Source: Candidatus Bathyarchaeota archaeon (lineage in GTDB: Archaea; Thermoproteota; Bathyarchaeia; Bathyarchaeales; Bathycorpusculaceae). From it: a DNA stretch of 64,000 nucleotides. The DNA is taken from the NCBI GenBank assembly GCA_963775895.1, contig CAVZKL010000018.1:67768-131767 (forward strand). The letters run 5' to 3'. This document shows positions 21,112 through 30,773 of this stretch, piece by piece (within the stretch, counting starts at the first letter, position 1; the number at the start of each line of letters is the position of its first letter). The translations under genes were made by a program, and so were the position numbers. The notes beneath the pieces are model-generated. The model was not told the origin of the DNA. It was given only the letters and a program-made list of their open reading frames with translations, and did no database searches.

Positions 21112-22097
21112 GCGGTTTCACTTACGCTTTCAGGATAGCACTTGACGATTCTGCCTCTTACCTCGATCGTCGGAGGCTCCGTCTCCAAGCATCTCTTCGT
21201 GCACTTTTCACACCTCGGACCAAACCTGCAGCCGGGTGGAGGATTTCTCAGATCGGGAACTACTCCACCTATACTGGATAACAGTTTATCCTTCGTCTGC
21301 GGTTCGAGCGGCAAAAGAGAATTCATAAGCGCTCGCGTGTACGGATGAACAGGACTGTTAATCACTTCGTCTGCTTTCCCTTCTTCCACAAATTCTCCGG
21401 CGTACATGATCACAATCCGATCGCAGAGTTGGTTCAGAGCAGCCAAATCGTGGGATATGCACACGAGACTTTTTATTATCCCCTTTCTCTGAATGTCCAT
21501 CATCAGTTCGATCATTCGCCTCTGCGAGGTCACATCAAGGGCCGAAGTCGGTTCATCCGTAATCAGAAGCTTTGGGCTCGCCATCGTTGATATCGCTATG
21601 ATGGCTCTTTGCATCATGCCTCCGCTGAGTTCGTGCGGATAAACGTCGAGCACTCGTTTATCTAGACCCAACTTCTCGAAGTGTTCAGCGGCTATTTCGC
21701 TGGCTTCCTCGACGGAGTACTTCCGGCCAGTGCGCTCCCTCAACATGTCTGCAATGAATTCCCTGACCCTTCTCACGGGGTTCAGAGAATTCAGCATGGC
21801 TTGAGGAACGTAGGACAGGCGTTTGCATTTGACTTCTTTTCTCAACGTTTCTGGAGCGATCTTCCAGATGTTGAAGCCATCTGCTATGACTTCGCCACTC
21901 TCATAATGCAGCAGAGGCGTCGTGGTACCCGTGATTAGCTGTGCGAAACTGGTTTTGCCGCAACCCGATTCGCCAGCGATACCGACTCTCTCGTCCTCGC
22001 CTACTTGGAGTGAAACGCCATCCACTGCATGAATGACGCCAAAAGTGCCTCTGTAGTAGCCTTTGAGATCTTTAACCACGAGGAGGTTTCCGTTCAT
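21108..22097 (-). CDS. Oligopeptide ABC ATPase (OppD/DppD-like)
   Basis: GESGCGKT, YPHELSGGM, PPPGCRFGPRC. Confidence 0.9.
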   Translation of the reverse strand: MNGNLLVVKDLKGYYRGTFGVIHAVDGVSLQVGEDERVGIAGESGCGKTSFAQLITGTTTPLLHYESGEVIADGFNIWKIAPETLRKEVKCKRLSYVPQAMLNSLNPVRRVREFIADMLRERTGRKYSVEEASEIAAEHFEKLGLDKRVLDVYPHELSGGMMQRAIIAISTMASPKLLITDEPTSALDVTSQRRMIELMMDIQRKGIIKSLVCISHDLAALNQLCDRIVIMYAGEFVEEGKADEVINSPVHPYTRALMNSLLPLEPQTKDKLLSSIGGVVPDLRNPPPGCRFGPRCEKCTKRCLETEPPTIEVRGRIVKCYPESVSETA

Positions 22098-22122
22098 GTC
22101 TTGTTTCCGCCCTTTTCCGGGA

Positions 22123-22968
22123 TCACTCCGTGCGCACTTTGGGGTTCAGTACGTCGTCGATTACCGCAGTAATCATGATGAGGGTTCCAGTGAGTATTAC
22201 CAGAGTGAGCCCTGGGGGAGCGAAGTACCACCATACTCCTTGCGAGACAGCGTTGAAGCTGATAGCCCATTCAAGCATCTTCCCCAGTGTGAAGCCTTCC
22301 GTGGGCCCTAACCCTATCACGCTTATGCTCGCTTCCCAGACTATTGCTCCGCTGACGCCTAGAATAAGCACCAGAAAAACGTATGCCAGCATGTTTGGCA
22401 GAATCTCTTTCACCACTATTGTAAGATCGCCTTTGCCTGAAATTCGCGCCAGGTCCACGAATCTTCTTTCCCTCAAAGTGAGAATTTGGGATCTTATGCT
22501 CCTCGCCATCCAGGGCCAGGAGAGCAGTCCCATTAGTAACCCGACAACGACCAGACTTCTGGTTGAAAGAAGCGCGGCAATGATTATGAGAATGACGAGC
22601 TCAGGGAGAACCATAAATATGTTCGTAACAAGGTTCGCTCCTTCATCTACTAACCCTTTCTTGTACGCAAGGAACCCTCCCACCACAACCGCGATCATCA
22701 GCGCGGTTAGTCCGGCGATGATGCCTACCCAGAGTGAGTCGCGGATTGCAGTGCAGAGTTGGGCAAAAATGTCTCTGCCTGCCATGTCAGTGCCCAATAA
22801 GAACTTGAACGATGGAGGCTCGTATATTCCACCTGCATCTTCTGATGGATTTCGGGTGACAAACGGACCCACAACTCCGAGCACGACGATGCTGATTACT
22901 ATGATTGCGCAGACTTGGAATTTCCAGTTTTTCGTAAGAAGTTCCATTCTACCGGGCATGCTAACCAC
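22123..22968 (-). CDS. Oligopeptide ABC permease (OppC-like)
   Basis: LLGTDMAGRDIF, EAA-like loop, EILPN. Confidence 0.9.
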   Translation of the reverse strand: MVSMPGRMELLTKNWKFQVCAIIVISIVVLGVVGPFVTRNPSEDAGGIYEPPSFKFLLGTDMAGRDIFAQLCTAIRDSLWVGIIAGLTALMIAVVVGGFLAYKKGLVDEGANLVTNIFMVLPELVILIIIAALLSTRSLVVVGLLMGLLSWPWMARSIRSQILTLRERRFVDLARISGKGDLTIVVKEILPNMLAYVFLVLILGVSGAIVWEASISVIGLGPTEGFTLGKMLEWAISFNAVSQGVWWYFAPPGLTLVILTGTLIMITAVIDDVLNPKVRTE

Positions 22969-23992
22969 CCACGTAGCCTGTTCTGATGCGGGGGTCGATG
23001 AAACCGTAGATCACGTCCATCAGAAAGTTGCCGATCAGCACGAGAAGGACGGTGAACACGAAAACAGCCTGCATAAGTGGATAATCAATCTTGGTGACGG
23101 CGTTGTAGATCACGGTTCCCAGTCCCGGCCATCCGAAGACGAATTCGACTATCATGGTCTGTCCTATGAGGCTGCTGAGAATTATCGGGAGCCCGGTAAC
23201 TTGGGGCAGAATAGCGTTTTCCTGTGCGTATTTTCTTAGTTTACCTTCTTTGAAGCCCATCTGTTTGGAGTAGTATATGTAATCTGATTGTTTTTCGTAA
23301 ATCGTCATCGCCCTCATCCCAGTGCACCAGTTGCCTATTCCTGTGATGAAGAGCGAGAGGAATGGCAGGACGTAATGGTACCCCACGTCTAGGATAAACG
23401 TGGAGCTGAGGGAGGGCGTCAGGAGGTTGGAATACGCGCCGGAACTGGGAAACCATTTTAGATTGACCCCAAGAGCGTACACGAGAATCAGTCCGAACCA
23501 GTAGTAGGGCGCCGAATTCAGGTAAACCGCGAAGGTGTAAAATGCGTGGATGAGCACGTTCTTGGAAAAGGCGGCCTGTGTCCCGAGGTAATTGTTGCCC
23601 ACTATGAACGCTAGTATCCACGCGGGGATGATGAGGACCAGTGTCCAAATCAAACCGTATCCAACTACACCGCCCACGGTGTTCGTGGGGTATGAAATTG
23701 AGTCTCCGAAATTCAGGGTTAGAACTCTCTTCCAGAAGAGACTGTACTGAACGATGAGGGGTTGGTCGAGACCAAACAGCGCGGTGTATTTCTGGCGTAT
23801 CGCTATTATCTGTTGAGGGGTCTTGCCTATCTTCAGCCGATCGATCATCATGTCGACGGGACTCGAGGGCATAAAATAAGGAAGAATGAACACAAGAGTG
23901 AAAGAGAGAAAGACTGCGACTAACAGAAAGATCAGTTTTTTGAGGAGAAACTTGGCAAACGGATTTAGAGGTCGCGCGCCAGGTTTTTTCAC
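22961..23992 (-). CDS. Oligopeptide ABC permease (OppB-like)
   Basis: GLDQPLIVQY, VEFVFGWPGLG, DYPLMQ, IDPRIR. Confidence 0.9.
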   Translation of the reverse strand: MKKPGARPLNPFAKFLLKKLIFLLVAVFLSFTLVFILPYFMPSSPVDMMIDRLKIGKTPQQIIAIRQKYTALFGLDQPLIVQYSLFWKRVLTLNFGDSISYPTNTVGGVVGYGLIWTLVLIIPAWILAFIVGNNYLGTQAAFSKNVLIHAFYTFAVYLNSAPYYWFGLILVYALGVNLKWFPSSGAYSNLLTPSLSSTFILDVGYHYVLPFLSLFITGIGNWCTGMRAMTIYEKQSDYIYYSKQMGFKEGKLRKYAQENAILPQVTGLPIILSSLIGQTMIVEFVFGWPGLGTVIYNAVTKIDYPLMQAVFVFTVLLVLIGNFLMDVIYGFIDPRIRTGYVGG

Positions 23993-24266
23993 GTTCTCTC
24001 CAATTACAACTTGGGTTGATTCAAAGATATTAATATAACCAACATACCCAGATCTTCGTCGAGAATTGGAACTGGAGGTAGACGCATAGTGGAACTCTGA
24101 GGCGGATAACCATCTGGTCTGCGTTGTTGATCATGTGCCTCAACTCTAGCTGGGAGAAGCATGTTGGTGATTTTTACGAAAAGATAATAGCTGTGATCAG
24201 ATGAACAACAATCCGTCCTAAAGTGTGAACCATCTCTGAAAGTGAGTCTGTCTTCGGGCAGAAATC

Positions 24267-25355
24267 GTGGGGACCAGCTTGAAATTTCGCCACTTGATGA
24301 TTAAGGAAATCTTCGAAGAGCCTCAGGTGACCTCAACTTTTCTCGCGAAAGGTTTCAAGCAGGTTCAAGAAATCGCCGAAGCTGTCAGTTCAAAACGGTA
24401 CGGAATGATGTACATCACCGGCAGCGGAACAAGCTACCACGCTGGCCTCGCAGCTCAGTACGCCATTTCTACATTAACGCGGTTTGTCACAAGCTTGATA
24501 CCGGCATCAGAGTTTCCATCATGGATTCCGTCTGGTTCAACAAGAAGACCGTTGCTTATCGCCATTTCCCAGTCGGGAGAAAGTTCAGACGTTCTTGCCG
24601 CCGCAAAGGTAGCTTCAGAAAAGGGCATGGACATTTTGGCTGTGACCAACACGCAGAACAGTTCCCTCATGAAAATGGCGAAGTACACGTTGCTGACAAG
24701 AGCTGGAAAGGAGTCTGCGGTTACAGCCACCAAAAGCCACGTTGCACAATTGCTTGCGCTCTTTTTGTTGGCCGCGCAGTTTGCGGAAACAGATGGGAAT
24801 GAAGCTGTTGATTCAGCGCAGCTGAGGCGCCAATTGTTCAGGGCGCCAGAAATTATTGCCGAGACGATCAAATCCGTGGACCGCAAGGTTCAGAAACTGG
24901 CACAAGAATACTGTCATCAAAACTTTTTCTTTCTGCTGGGCAGCGGCCCAAATTATGCGACAGCCTTGGAAGGAGCCCTCAAGCTGAAGGAGGCGTGCAA
25001 CATTTTTGCTGAAGGTTTCGCTACTAGGGAGTTTCTGCACGGCCCCATACAACTGGTGGACAAGGGAACGTCTTTGTTCTTCATTCTCACTGAAGACCAG
25101 TTAGAGGATGCGGTGAGTGAGATAAGAAGAGTGAGAGCCTTTGAAGCGTCGGTGCTTTCGATTTTTGAAAGAGATGATGAGCGATTGAAGCGCGCGTCCG
25201 AACGATCTGATACGTGTTCCCACGGGCTTTCCAAAAGTCTTTTCTTCGATGATACACATAATTCCGTTGCAGCTGTTTGCGTACTACAGCTCGGTTGCAA
25301 GGGGATTGAATCCGGACAAACCGGAGAAACTTACGAAGGTGGTGAAGTGAAATGA
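24267..25355 (+). CDS. Two-SIS-domain sugar-phosphate isomerase/deaminase (GlmS C-terminal-like); frameshift ~25215
   Basis: GSGTSYHA, ISQSGES, ALEGALKLKE, EFLHGP; the C-terminus NPDKPEKLTKVVK is in another frame. Confidence 0.85.
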   Translation: MGTSLKFRHLMIKEIFEEPQVTSTFLAKGFKQVQEIAEAVSSKRYGMMYITGSGTSYHAGLAAQYAISTLTRFVTSLIPASEFPSWIPSGSTRRPLLIAISQSGESSDVLAAAKVASEKGMDILAVTNTQNSSLMKMAKYTLLTRAGKESAVTATKSHVAQLLALFLLAAQFAETDGNEAVDSAQLRRQLFRAPEIIAETIKSVDRKVQKLAQEYCHQNFFFLLGSGPNYATALEGALKLKEACNIFAEGFATREFLHGPIQLVDKGTSLFFILTEDQLEDAVSEIRRVRAFEASVLSIFERDDERLKRASERSDTCSHGLSKSLFFDDTHNSVAAVCVLQLGCKGIESGQTGETYEGGEVK

Positions 25356-26051
25356 AGATTAAATGCGTCATCTTTGGAATTGACGACGTGCTGTACGATG
25401 CTTCCTTTCAAATGAGCACAGCTAGGTTGAATGCTATCAAGGCCATGATTGAGGCTGGGCTCCCCACAGACATAGAAACGGCTTACCGCGTGCTTCAAAG
25501 CGTGGTCAAAGAGCGTGGATCGGACAATAACAAACACTTTGACAGGCTGCTGGAACGGTTGGGGTTGAAGTGGAACCCGAGAGTGATCGCTGCGGGTGTC
25601 GCTGCGTATCGTGAAACAAGCCCTGCATATTTGAAACTGTACCCGGACACTTTTCCCACACTGTTGAAGTTGCGAGAAACAGGCTACAAAATAGGAATAG
25701 TCTCCGAAGGCCGTGCTGTAAAACAGTGGCAAAAACTCATACAGCTTGGCATTCAGCACTTGTTCGATTACGTTGCTCACATCAGAGGAAACGGGCAGTG
25801 AAGTTCTAAAACCTGAAACCATCGGGTCAGTTCTGAAAACGCTTACAGTGCGTCCTGATCAGGCGATATTCGTTGGCAACAATCTGGAAACAGACATCCG
25901 GTGTGCGAACAAGGCAAAGGTGACCTCTGTCCGAATCAGAAAGGGTGAGAACAGGACTAAAGAACCAGAATCGACTGAGACCAAACCGAAGTATGAAATA
26001 AGCAAGATATCAGAGATATTCAAAGTGATAGAAAAAGCTGAAAAAGCCTAG
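25352..26051 (+). CDS. HAD-superfamily hydrolase-like protein (TIGR02253-like); frameshift ~25775
   Basis: VIFGIDDVLYD (first Asp replaced by Gly), KQWQKLIQLG, FVGNNLETDI across two frames. Confidence 0.8.
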
Positions 26052-26119
26052 TGCGCGCGCGAAGAATGTTTCGATTCCGATAGACGGATTTCACGAATGA
26101 GGTTGGTTCTGTCTGGTAT

Positions 26120-26593
26120 TCATCTATGGCTGCTGGTCTGCTGGACGGAGAATCTTTTTCGTGCGCGAGATAAGTAGTAGATTTGTAGTATGGTTATGAG
26201 TAGCCAGACAACGAGGATGGCGGCAGTCACGATTCTTAGTTCCCAGCTTTGAATGAAGTAGTTTACGAGCAGGAGAGTTATCAAGAGAACGATGATGCCC
26301 AGCTGAACGAGTCTCAGCGTCATGATTCTTTTTCTCGGGTTCCACTCGCCGCCTCTTGCGGCTCGCATTTCTTCTATCTGCTTCAGTCTTTCCTCGGAGA
26401 GATAGTACTTGCCGTTCACTTCTATGAAGACGCCTGAGCGGCCCAGACGTCTCTTCATCGCCTCCTCGAATCTTGGCGGGAGATCGAGTTCTTGCGGCGT
26501 CATGGCTTTGTCTGGGCTGGTGGCTCCTTTTTGGCGGAACTTTTCGACGATTTCGTTGAACCATCTCTGGATTTGTTCTCGTCTTTCGAACAT
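26120..26593 (-). CDS. Membrane hypothetical protein (2 C-terminal TM)
   Basis: FRQKGATSPDKAMT...GKYYL followed by two TM helices. Confidence 0.7.
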   Translation of the reverse strand: MFERREQIQRWFNEIVEKFRQKGATSPDKAMTPQELDLPPRFEEAMKRRLGRSGVFIEVNGKYYLSEERLKQIEEMRAARGGEWNPRKRIMTLRLVQLGIIVLLITLLLVNYFIQSWELRIVTAAILVVWLLITILQIYYLSRARKRFSVQQTSSHR

Positions 26594-26623
26594 GGTATTT
26601 CACTTTGAACGTTTTGTGCTCCT

Positions 26624-26854
26624 TTATTCGTCTGCGTGTTGTTCTAGTCCTTTGAGGACTCTTGAGGCGAATTCTCTCATGGCGTCTGCCTTTACCATCG
26701 TGATGCCGCGTCTGTTCTTGCCTGTTATGACGAGCAGGAGGTCTCCGGGTTTTATGTTGAAGTCTTTTCTAGCTTGTGCGGGTATGACGATTTGGCCTCG
26801 GTCGCCGACCTTTACGGTTCCGTAGATGTGCATGTCTTCATCGTTTTTGCTCAT
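26624..26854 (-). CDS. AbrB/MazE/SpoVT-family DNA-binding protein
   Basis: GTVKVGDRGQIVIPAQARKDFNIKPGD; start taken at MSKND. Confidence 0.85.
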   Translation of the reverse strand: MSKNDEDMHIYGTVKVGDRGQIVIPAQARKDFNIKPGDLLLVITGKNRRGITMVKADAMREFASRVLKGLEQHADE

Positions 26855-26930
26855 AATTATTCCACTTTTCGTGTATTTCATATTATTCATACTGTTTAAA
26901 AGGCGTTGTGCATGATTCGTACATGGCGCG

Positions 26931-26996
26931 CGCAAAAAAGGAATCGAAGAAACCTACGACTATCTGAACAGGCAACCAGGTAAACAACGGGCTTAG
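26931..26996 (+). pseudogene. Orphan C-terminal remnant, NAD-dependent epimerase-like tail
   Basis: Hand translation RKKGIEETYDYLNRQPGKQRA* begins within the (GC)4 run. Confidence 0.4.
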
Positions 26997-27171
26997 GTTG
27001 TACGAGACTGCTTCGATGCGGTCGGCGACTCACTCATGGCCCACTTTCTTCTATCTTCACTCTCGCCCCTTGCCCTTCGAAAGAATAGAGTATTGCAGCG
27101 AAATATTCTAGCGAACTCGCTATTTTCGCTTGAGTCAGACCGTGCTGTGCCAATCAGAGTAGTCTTGAAGT

Positions 27172-28521
27172 CTAATGCGCCTTAAACTGTGGCATGTACT
27201 CGGCGTGAGCGAGCAAAAGCTCGTTCATTATTTTCTTGGCAGCCTTCATGTCATGAACGAAGGGAGATGCTAAAATTGCTTCATACAGAAGACCCTTGTC
27301 GCCGCTGAGCGCAGCGTCAACGGTTAGTTCCTGCCAGTTAAGTATGTGTCTGGTGATTCCTAGAAAGACTTTGGGCAAATGGCCCATTGATATCGGTGTT
27401 AAACCTCTTTTGTCCACTATGCATGGTCCTTCGACTATTGCATCCTCAGGAAGATTAGTGATAGCGCCCTTATTGGCGAAGTTTATGCCTCCCCATTCGC
27501 GTCCTTCGTTGGCAAGTATGCTTACCATGATGCCTACAGCTTGTCTGGAATGGTGCAGGTGGAAACAGTACTCCGGACGCGCGGGATCATATGGCGTTCC
27601 AGCGGCCATTTCGTTTACGAACTTCCATGCCGACTCGGTCCATCCAAGTATTGATGCTCGTTTCTTCTCATCCTTGAGGAGCGTTCGTCTGTTTTTCAGG
27701 ACTTTGTCGTGTTCCCAGAGCATCCAGCAATGATCTGGGCAAAGGTTCCAGTAGCCATAAGTTTCGAACAGACGTAATGCAAAATCCATTTCTGGTTCCC
27801 GGGCAAGTTGTTTTTTCTTCTTCATCATTTTTCTCTTGAAAAGAGGAAGTCCATCTTTTCCATTCACCAATAGGTCGACGAGCCAAGTGCAATGGTTGAT
27901 CCCTATCCCTCTGGGTCTCAAGTCTTCGTTTACGCAATACCGCCTTTCTAAAGGCGGCATATCGAGCCAATCGGGAAGGCAGGTCATCGCAAAGCCTGCG
28001 AAGCAGTCGCATATAGAAATGAACTTTACCTTTGTCTCTCTTCGAACTGCGTCGGATATGAAGTTCGCTGGGTTTATGAAGCTGATGACCCAAGCGTCTG
28101 GACAAAGTTCCTCTATCAGCCTACAATATTCGAGAGTCGTGGGAATGGTGCACTGGGCCATGAATGTCCCTCCTGGTCCAGCGGTTTCGTCCCCACATAT
28201 CCCATATTTTGTGGGAACCACGAAATCGTATCTCATGTGTCTTTCTCCGCCGACTCTGTAGCTCGGCATAACAAAAGTAGCATCCGTCAGAGCTTTCTTC
28301 GCATTAGTTGTATGTGTGATCTTCATCTTCACTTTCGCTTTGTGAGAGAGCCTTTCGGCAACCTTTGCAAGAAGCGGTAGGCGTGTGGGATTAATGTCCA
28401 TTAGGCAGATTTCACTTCCCTCAAGGACCTCTTTGTTTTCGAGCATTACGTAAGTTAGAGATGGGACGAAGGGACTTGCTCCGCCCAGGATTACGATTTT
28501 CTCTTTCGACATAGGGATCAA
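27172..28521 (-). CDS. Family 4 glycoside hydrolase (NAD-dependent)
   Basis: KIVILGGAS, ETAGPGG, CPDAWVISFINP, GINH, NLPEDAIVEGP. Confidence 0.9.
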   Translation of the reverse strand: MIPMSKEKIVILGGASPFVPSLTYVMLENKEVLEGSEICLMDINPTRLPLLAKVAERLSHKAKVKMKITHTTNAKKALTDATFVMPSYRVGGERHMRYDFVVPTKYGICGDETAGPGGTFMAQCTIPTTLEYCRLIEELCPDAWVISFINPANFISDAVRRETKVKFISICDCFAGFAMTCLPDWLDMPPLERRYCVNEDLRPRGIGINHCTWLVDLLVNGKDGLPLFKRKMMKKKKQLAREPEMDFALRLFETYGYWNLCPDHCWMLWEHDKVLKNRRTLLKDEKKRASILGWTESAWKFVNEMAAGTPYDPARPEYCFHLHHSRQAVGIMVSILANEGREWGGINFANKGAITNLPEDAIVEGPCIVDKRGLTPISMGHLPKVFLGITRHILNWQELTVDAALSGDKGLLYEAILASPFVHDMKAAKKIMNELLLAHAEYMPQFKAH

Positions 28522-28721
28522 TTCAACATGATATTATACCGCATAAAAGTTTTGGCTCAATGCGCGCGCTGAGTTGAGATTTCAACTGCGTTGCTTAGTG
28601 GTGGCCACAGGTCTTTGTTTTCCTTTTTTGAAGGCAATTGGTTTTGCGGTTAAGTTGAGCCCGCGAGTGAGCTGGAAGGCAAAATCTTATCCATCCGTGC
28701 GTTCAGGTTGAATGGGGGTTT

Positions 28722-29168
28722 GTGATCGTGAAGGAAGGTTCGAGGAAGAAGGCTAACGTGCTCGGTGTGCGTTTCTGGTACACGGGCATTCGCGTGAAGG
28801 ATCTTGAGGAGTCGATGAGGTTTTACAGGGAAGCACTCGGGTTCCACGTTATATTGAAGGGCAGGATGGTTGCTCATGAGGGAACGTACGTGCAGATGAG
28901 GACTCCGACGGGTAAGCAGGTTCTTGAATTGAACTATTATCCGAAGACGAGCAAGTTTTACGAGGATTATGTTTGCGGTTCGGAATTGGATCACATCGGG
29001 TTGTACGTGAGCAACGTTAGAGAGCAGTATAAGCGGTTGATTGGGTTTGGATGTGAGCCGGCGGTGGAACCGTTCACTCAGGGTTCTTGGGTTCTGGCTT
29101 TTGTCAAGGATCCTAACGGCATCTGGTTGGAACTGATCGGCAAGGAAGCGCAAGCCACTCGGAAGTAG
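28722..29168 (+). CDS. VOC/glyoxalase-family protein
   Basis: GIRVKDLEESMRFY...LDHIG...FVKDPNGIWLEL. Confidence 0.9.
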   Translation: MIVKEGSRKKANVLGVRFWYTGIRVKDLEESMRFYREALGFHVILKGRMVAHEGTYVQMRTPTGKQVLELNYYPKTSKFYEDYVCGSELDHIGLYVSNVREQYKRLIGFGCEPAVEPFTQGSWVLAFVKDPNGIWLELIGKEAQATRK

Positions 29169-29239
29169 CGTTGTTTTGGCGGGCGCGCGCGAACTAAAGC
29201 GGACAGGTGCGAGTTAGAGTCTTATAATCCTCGGTTTTA

Positions 29240-30277
29240 TTGTTTGATTGGAGGCGCGGTTCTGTGGAGGGCACTGGCAAATCTGGGTTCTCAGGAAACT
29301 CTTCAGAGACAAGGCTGACGACTTGGTCGATGGGAAATGCTGAATTGAAGGACCATGTCTTGGCTCGCGTGGGCTTCAACCGTATGGGGCACCGGGTTGC
29401 GCCTGGGTTGTATGCGATTGGGCGTCCTGGACCGGAATCGCCGGTGTTTGTTACGGCGAACTATACGCTGAGTTTCGACGCTTTGAGGTCTTCGTTGAAG
29501 GATATTGATGGTTACATTTTGGTTCTTGACACGGAGGGCGTGAACGTCTGGTGTGCGGCGGGGAAGGGCACGTTTGGCACGGACGAATTGGTGAACAGGA
29601 TTGCGGTCACTAAGCTTGGAAACGTGGTTAGTCATAGGAAGCTTATGTTGCCGCAGCTTGGGGCGTCGGGCGTTGACGCTTTTGAAGTTCAGAAGCGGTC
29701 TGGTTTCAAGGTGGAGTACGGGCCCGTTCGCGCAAGAGATATTCCCGAGTTTCTGAAGACTGGGAAGGTGACGTCTGAGATGCGTCTCGTGCGGTTTGAT
29801 CTGGTAGACCGTCTTGTACTCATACCCGTTGAGGTTACCAGTATAGCTTTGCCGCTTGTTGTTGCGGCGGTGGTTTTTGGCTTTCTCGGAGGATTGTTTT
29901 CTGCTGCCGCGGTCATCGTGACTGTGCTCTCAGGCGTTGTGCTGTTTCCAATTTTGCTGCCTTGGCTTCCGACGAAGGATTTCAGTTCCAAGGGTTTCCT
30001 TTTGGGCGTGTTGGCGGCGTTGCCTTTTGCGGTGGGAACGTTTTTGGGTCATCAAGGGTTGTCGTTGTGGTTGCGCGTTGCTTACGGGTTGACCTTTGTG
30101 TTTCTCATGCCGCCGGTTACGGCTTATCTTGCTTTGAACTTCACCGGTTCGACTCCTTTCACTTCCAGGAGCGGGGTGAAAAGGGAGATTTTCAGGTACG
30201 TTCCGGTCATGGCGGGGAGTCTTGTGTTGGGCACGATACTATATATTGGGCTGATGGTGATTCGTTATTTGAGGTGA
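29240..30277 (+). CDS. hgcA: Mercury methylation corrinoid protein HgcA
   Basis: Cap-helix NVWCAAGK, VTANY, PQLGA, YGPVRA, C-terminal TM domain, NFTGSTPFTS; start probably GTG ~29263. Confidence 0.93.
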   Translation: MFDWRRGSVEGTGKSGFSGNSSETRLTTWSMGNAELKDHVLARVGFNRMGHRVAPGLYAIGRPGPESPVFVTANYTLSFDALRSSLKDIDGYILVLDTEGVNVWCAAGKGTFGTDELVNRIAVTKLGNVVSHRKLMLPQLGASGVDAFEVQKRSGFKVEYGPVRARDIPEFLKTGKVTSEMRLVRFDLVDRLVLIPVEVTSIALPLVVAAVVFGFLGGLFSAAAVIVTVLSGVVLFPILLPWLPTKDFSSKGFLLGVLAALPFAVGTFLGHQGLSLWLRVAYGLTFVFLMPPVTAYLALNFTGSTPFTSRSGVKREIFRYVPVMAGSLVLGTILYIGLMVIRYLR

Positions 30278-30278
30278 C

Positions 30279-30563
30279 TTGATGTTCAACTCTTACGTTA
30301 CGAACACTCTGCGGTACGATGAAAAGAAGTGCGTCAACTGCGGCATGTGCAGTGCGGTTTGTCCTCATGGAGTGTTTGCGAGTGGAGAGAAGAAAGCTGT
30401 TCTCAAAAAGCCTGAAGCGTGTATGGAGTGTGGGGCGTGTCAGCTGAACTGCCCGACCGAAGCGATAACTGTTGACAGCGGCGTGGGCTGTGCATCGGCG
30501 ATGATAAGGGCTGCGTTAAGAGGCAAGAAACTTGAAGAAGCCACCTGCGACTGCACTGGCTGA
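30279..30563 (+). CDS. hgcB: Mercury methylation ferredoxin HgcB
   Basis: CVNCGMCSAVCP and CMECGACQLNCP, GVGCA, terminal CDC; directly after hgcA. Confidence 0.93.
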   Translation: MMFNSYVTNTLRYDEKKCVNCGMCSAVCPHGVFASGEKKAVLKKPEACMECGACQLNCPTEAITVDSGVGCASAMIRAALRGKKLEEATCDCTG

Positions 30564-30652
30564 CAGTTGTGCTTGTAGGTAAGGGGCGTTTGCTGCCCCG
30601 CGCGTTTCTGAGCTTTAGCAGCGTCTTGATGATTTTTCCCTCAACGTCAGCG

Positions 30653-30660
30653 TTTATATT
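30653..30660 (+). promoter_or_regulatory. Putative native TATA box of the tRNA locus
   Basis: TTTATATT 26-33 bp upstream of tRNA G1 in attL. Confidence 0.55.
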
Positions 30661-30773
30661 ATTAGAGCAGAGTAATCTCGTGTTAGGGCCCGTAGTCTAG
30701 TCTGGATTAAGACGCTGGTCTTTGGGCTTAGTAGATCATCATGTTGTGTTGTTATTTGTGTTAGTTTATCCAT
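30654..30773 (-). CDS. int(N): N-terminal fragment of split tyrosine integrase
   Basis: Hand translation MDKLTQITTQHDDLLSPKTSVLIQTRLRA...*; crosses attL in the same frame as int(C) crosses attR. Confidence 0.8.
   Translation of the reverse strand: MDKLTQITTQHDDLLSPKTSVLIQTRLRALTRDYSALII
30686..30718 (+). repeat. attL: intron-less 5' 33 nt of tRNA-Arg
   Basis: GGGCCCGTAGTCTAGTCTGGATTAAGACGCTGG = 36816-36832 + 36899-36914 exactly. Confidence 0.92.

Noticed and set aside
26624-26854. AbrB gene as hgcAB-associated HgcC
   Set aside because: It is 2.4 kb away on the opposite strand, separated by unrelated genes, and has no Cys residues
29240-30277. CdhE/AcsC corrinoid subunit instead of HgcA
   Set aside because: The cap-helix Cys motif, TM C-terminus and adjacent HgcB-type ferredoxin all favour HgcA
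29240-30563. hgcAB as cargo of the integrated element
   Set aside because: It lies outside attL (30686)
30686-30718. Split (trans-spliced) tRNA half
   Set aside because: A complete cis gene exists at 36816-36960, no complementary leader/trailer pairing was seen, and the fragment is explained as attL
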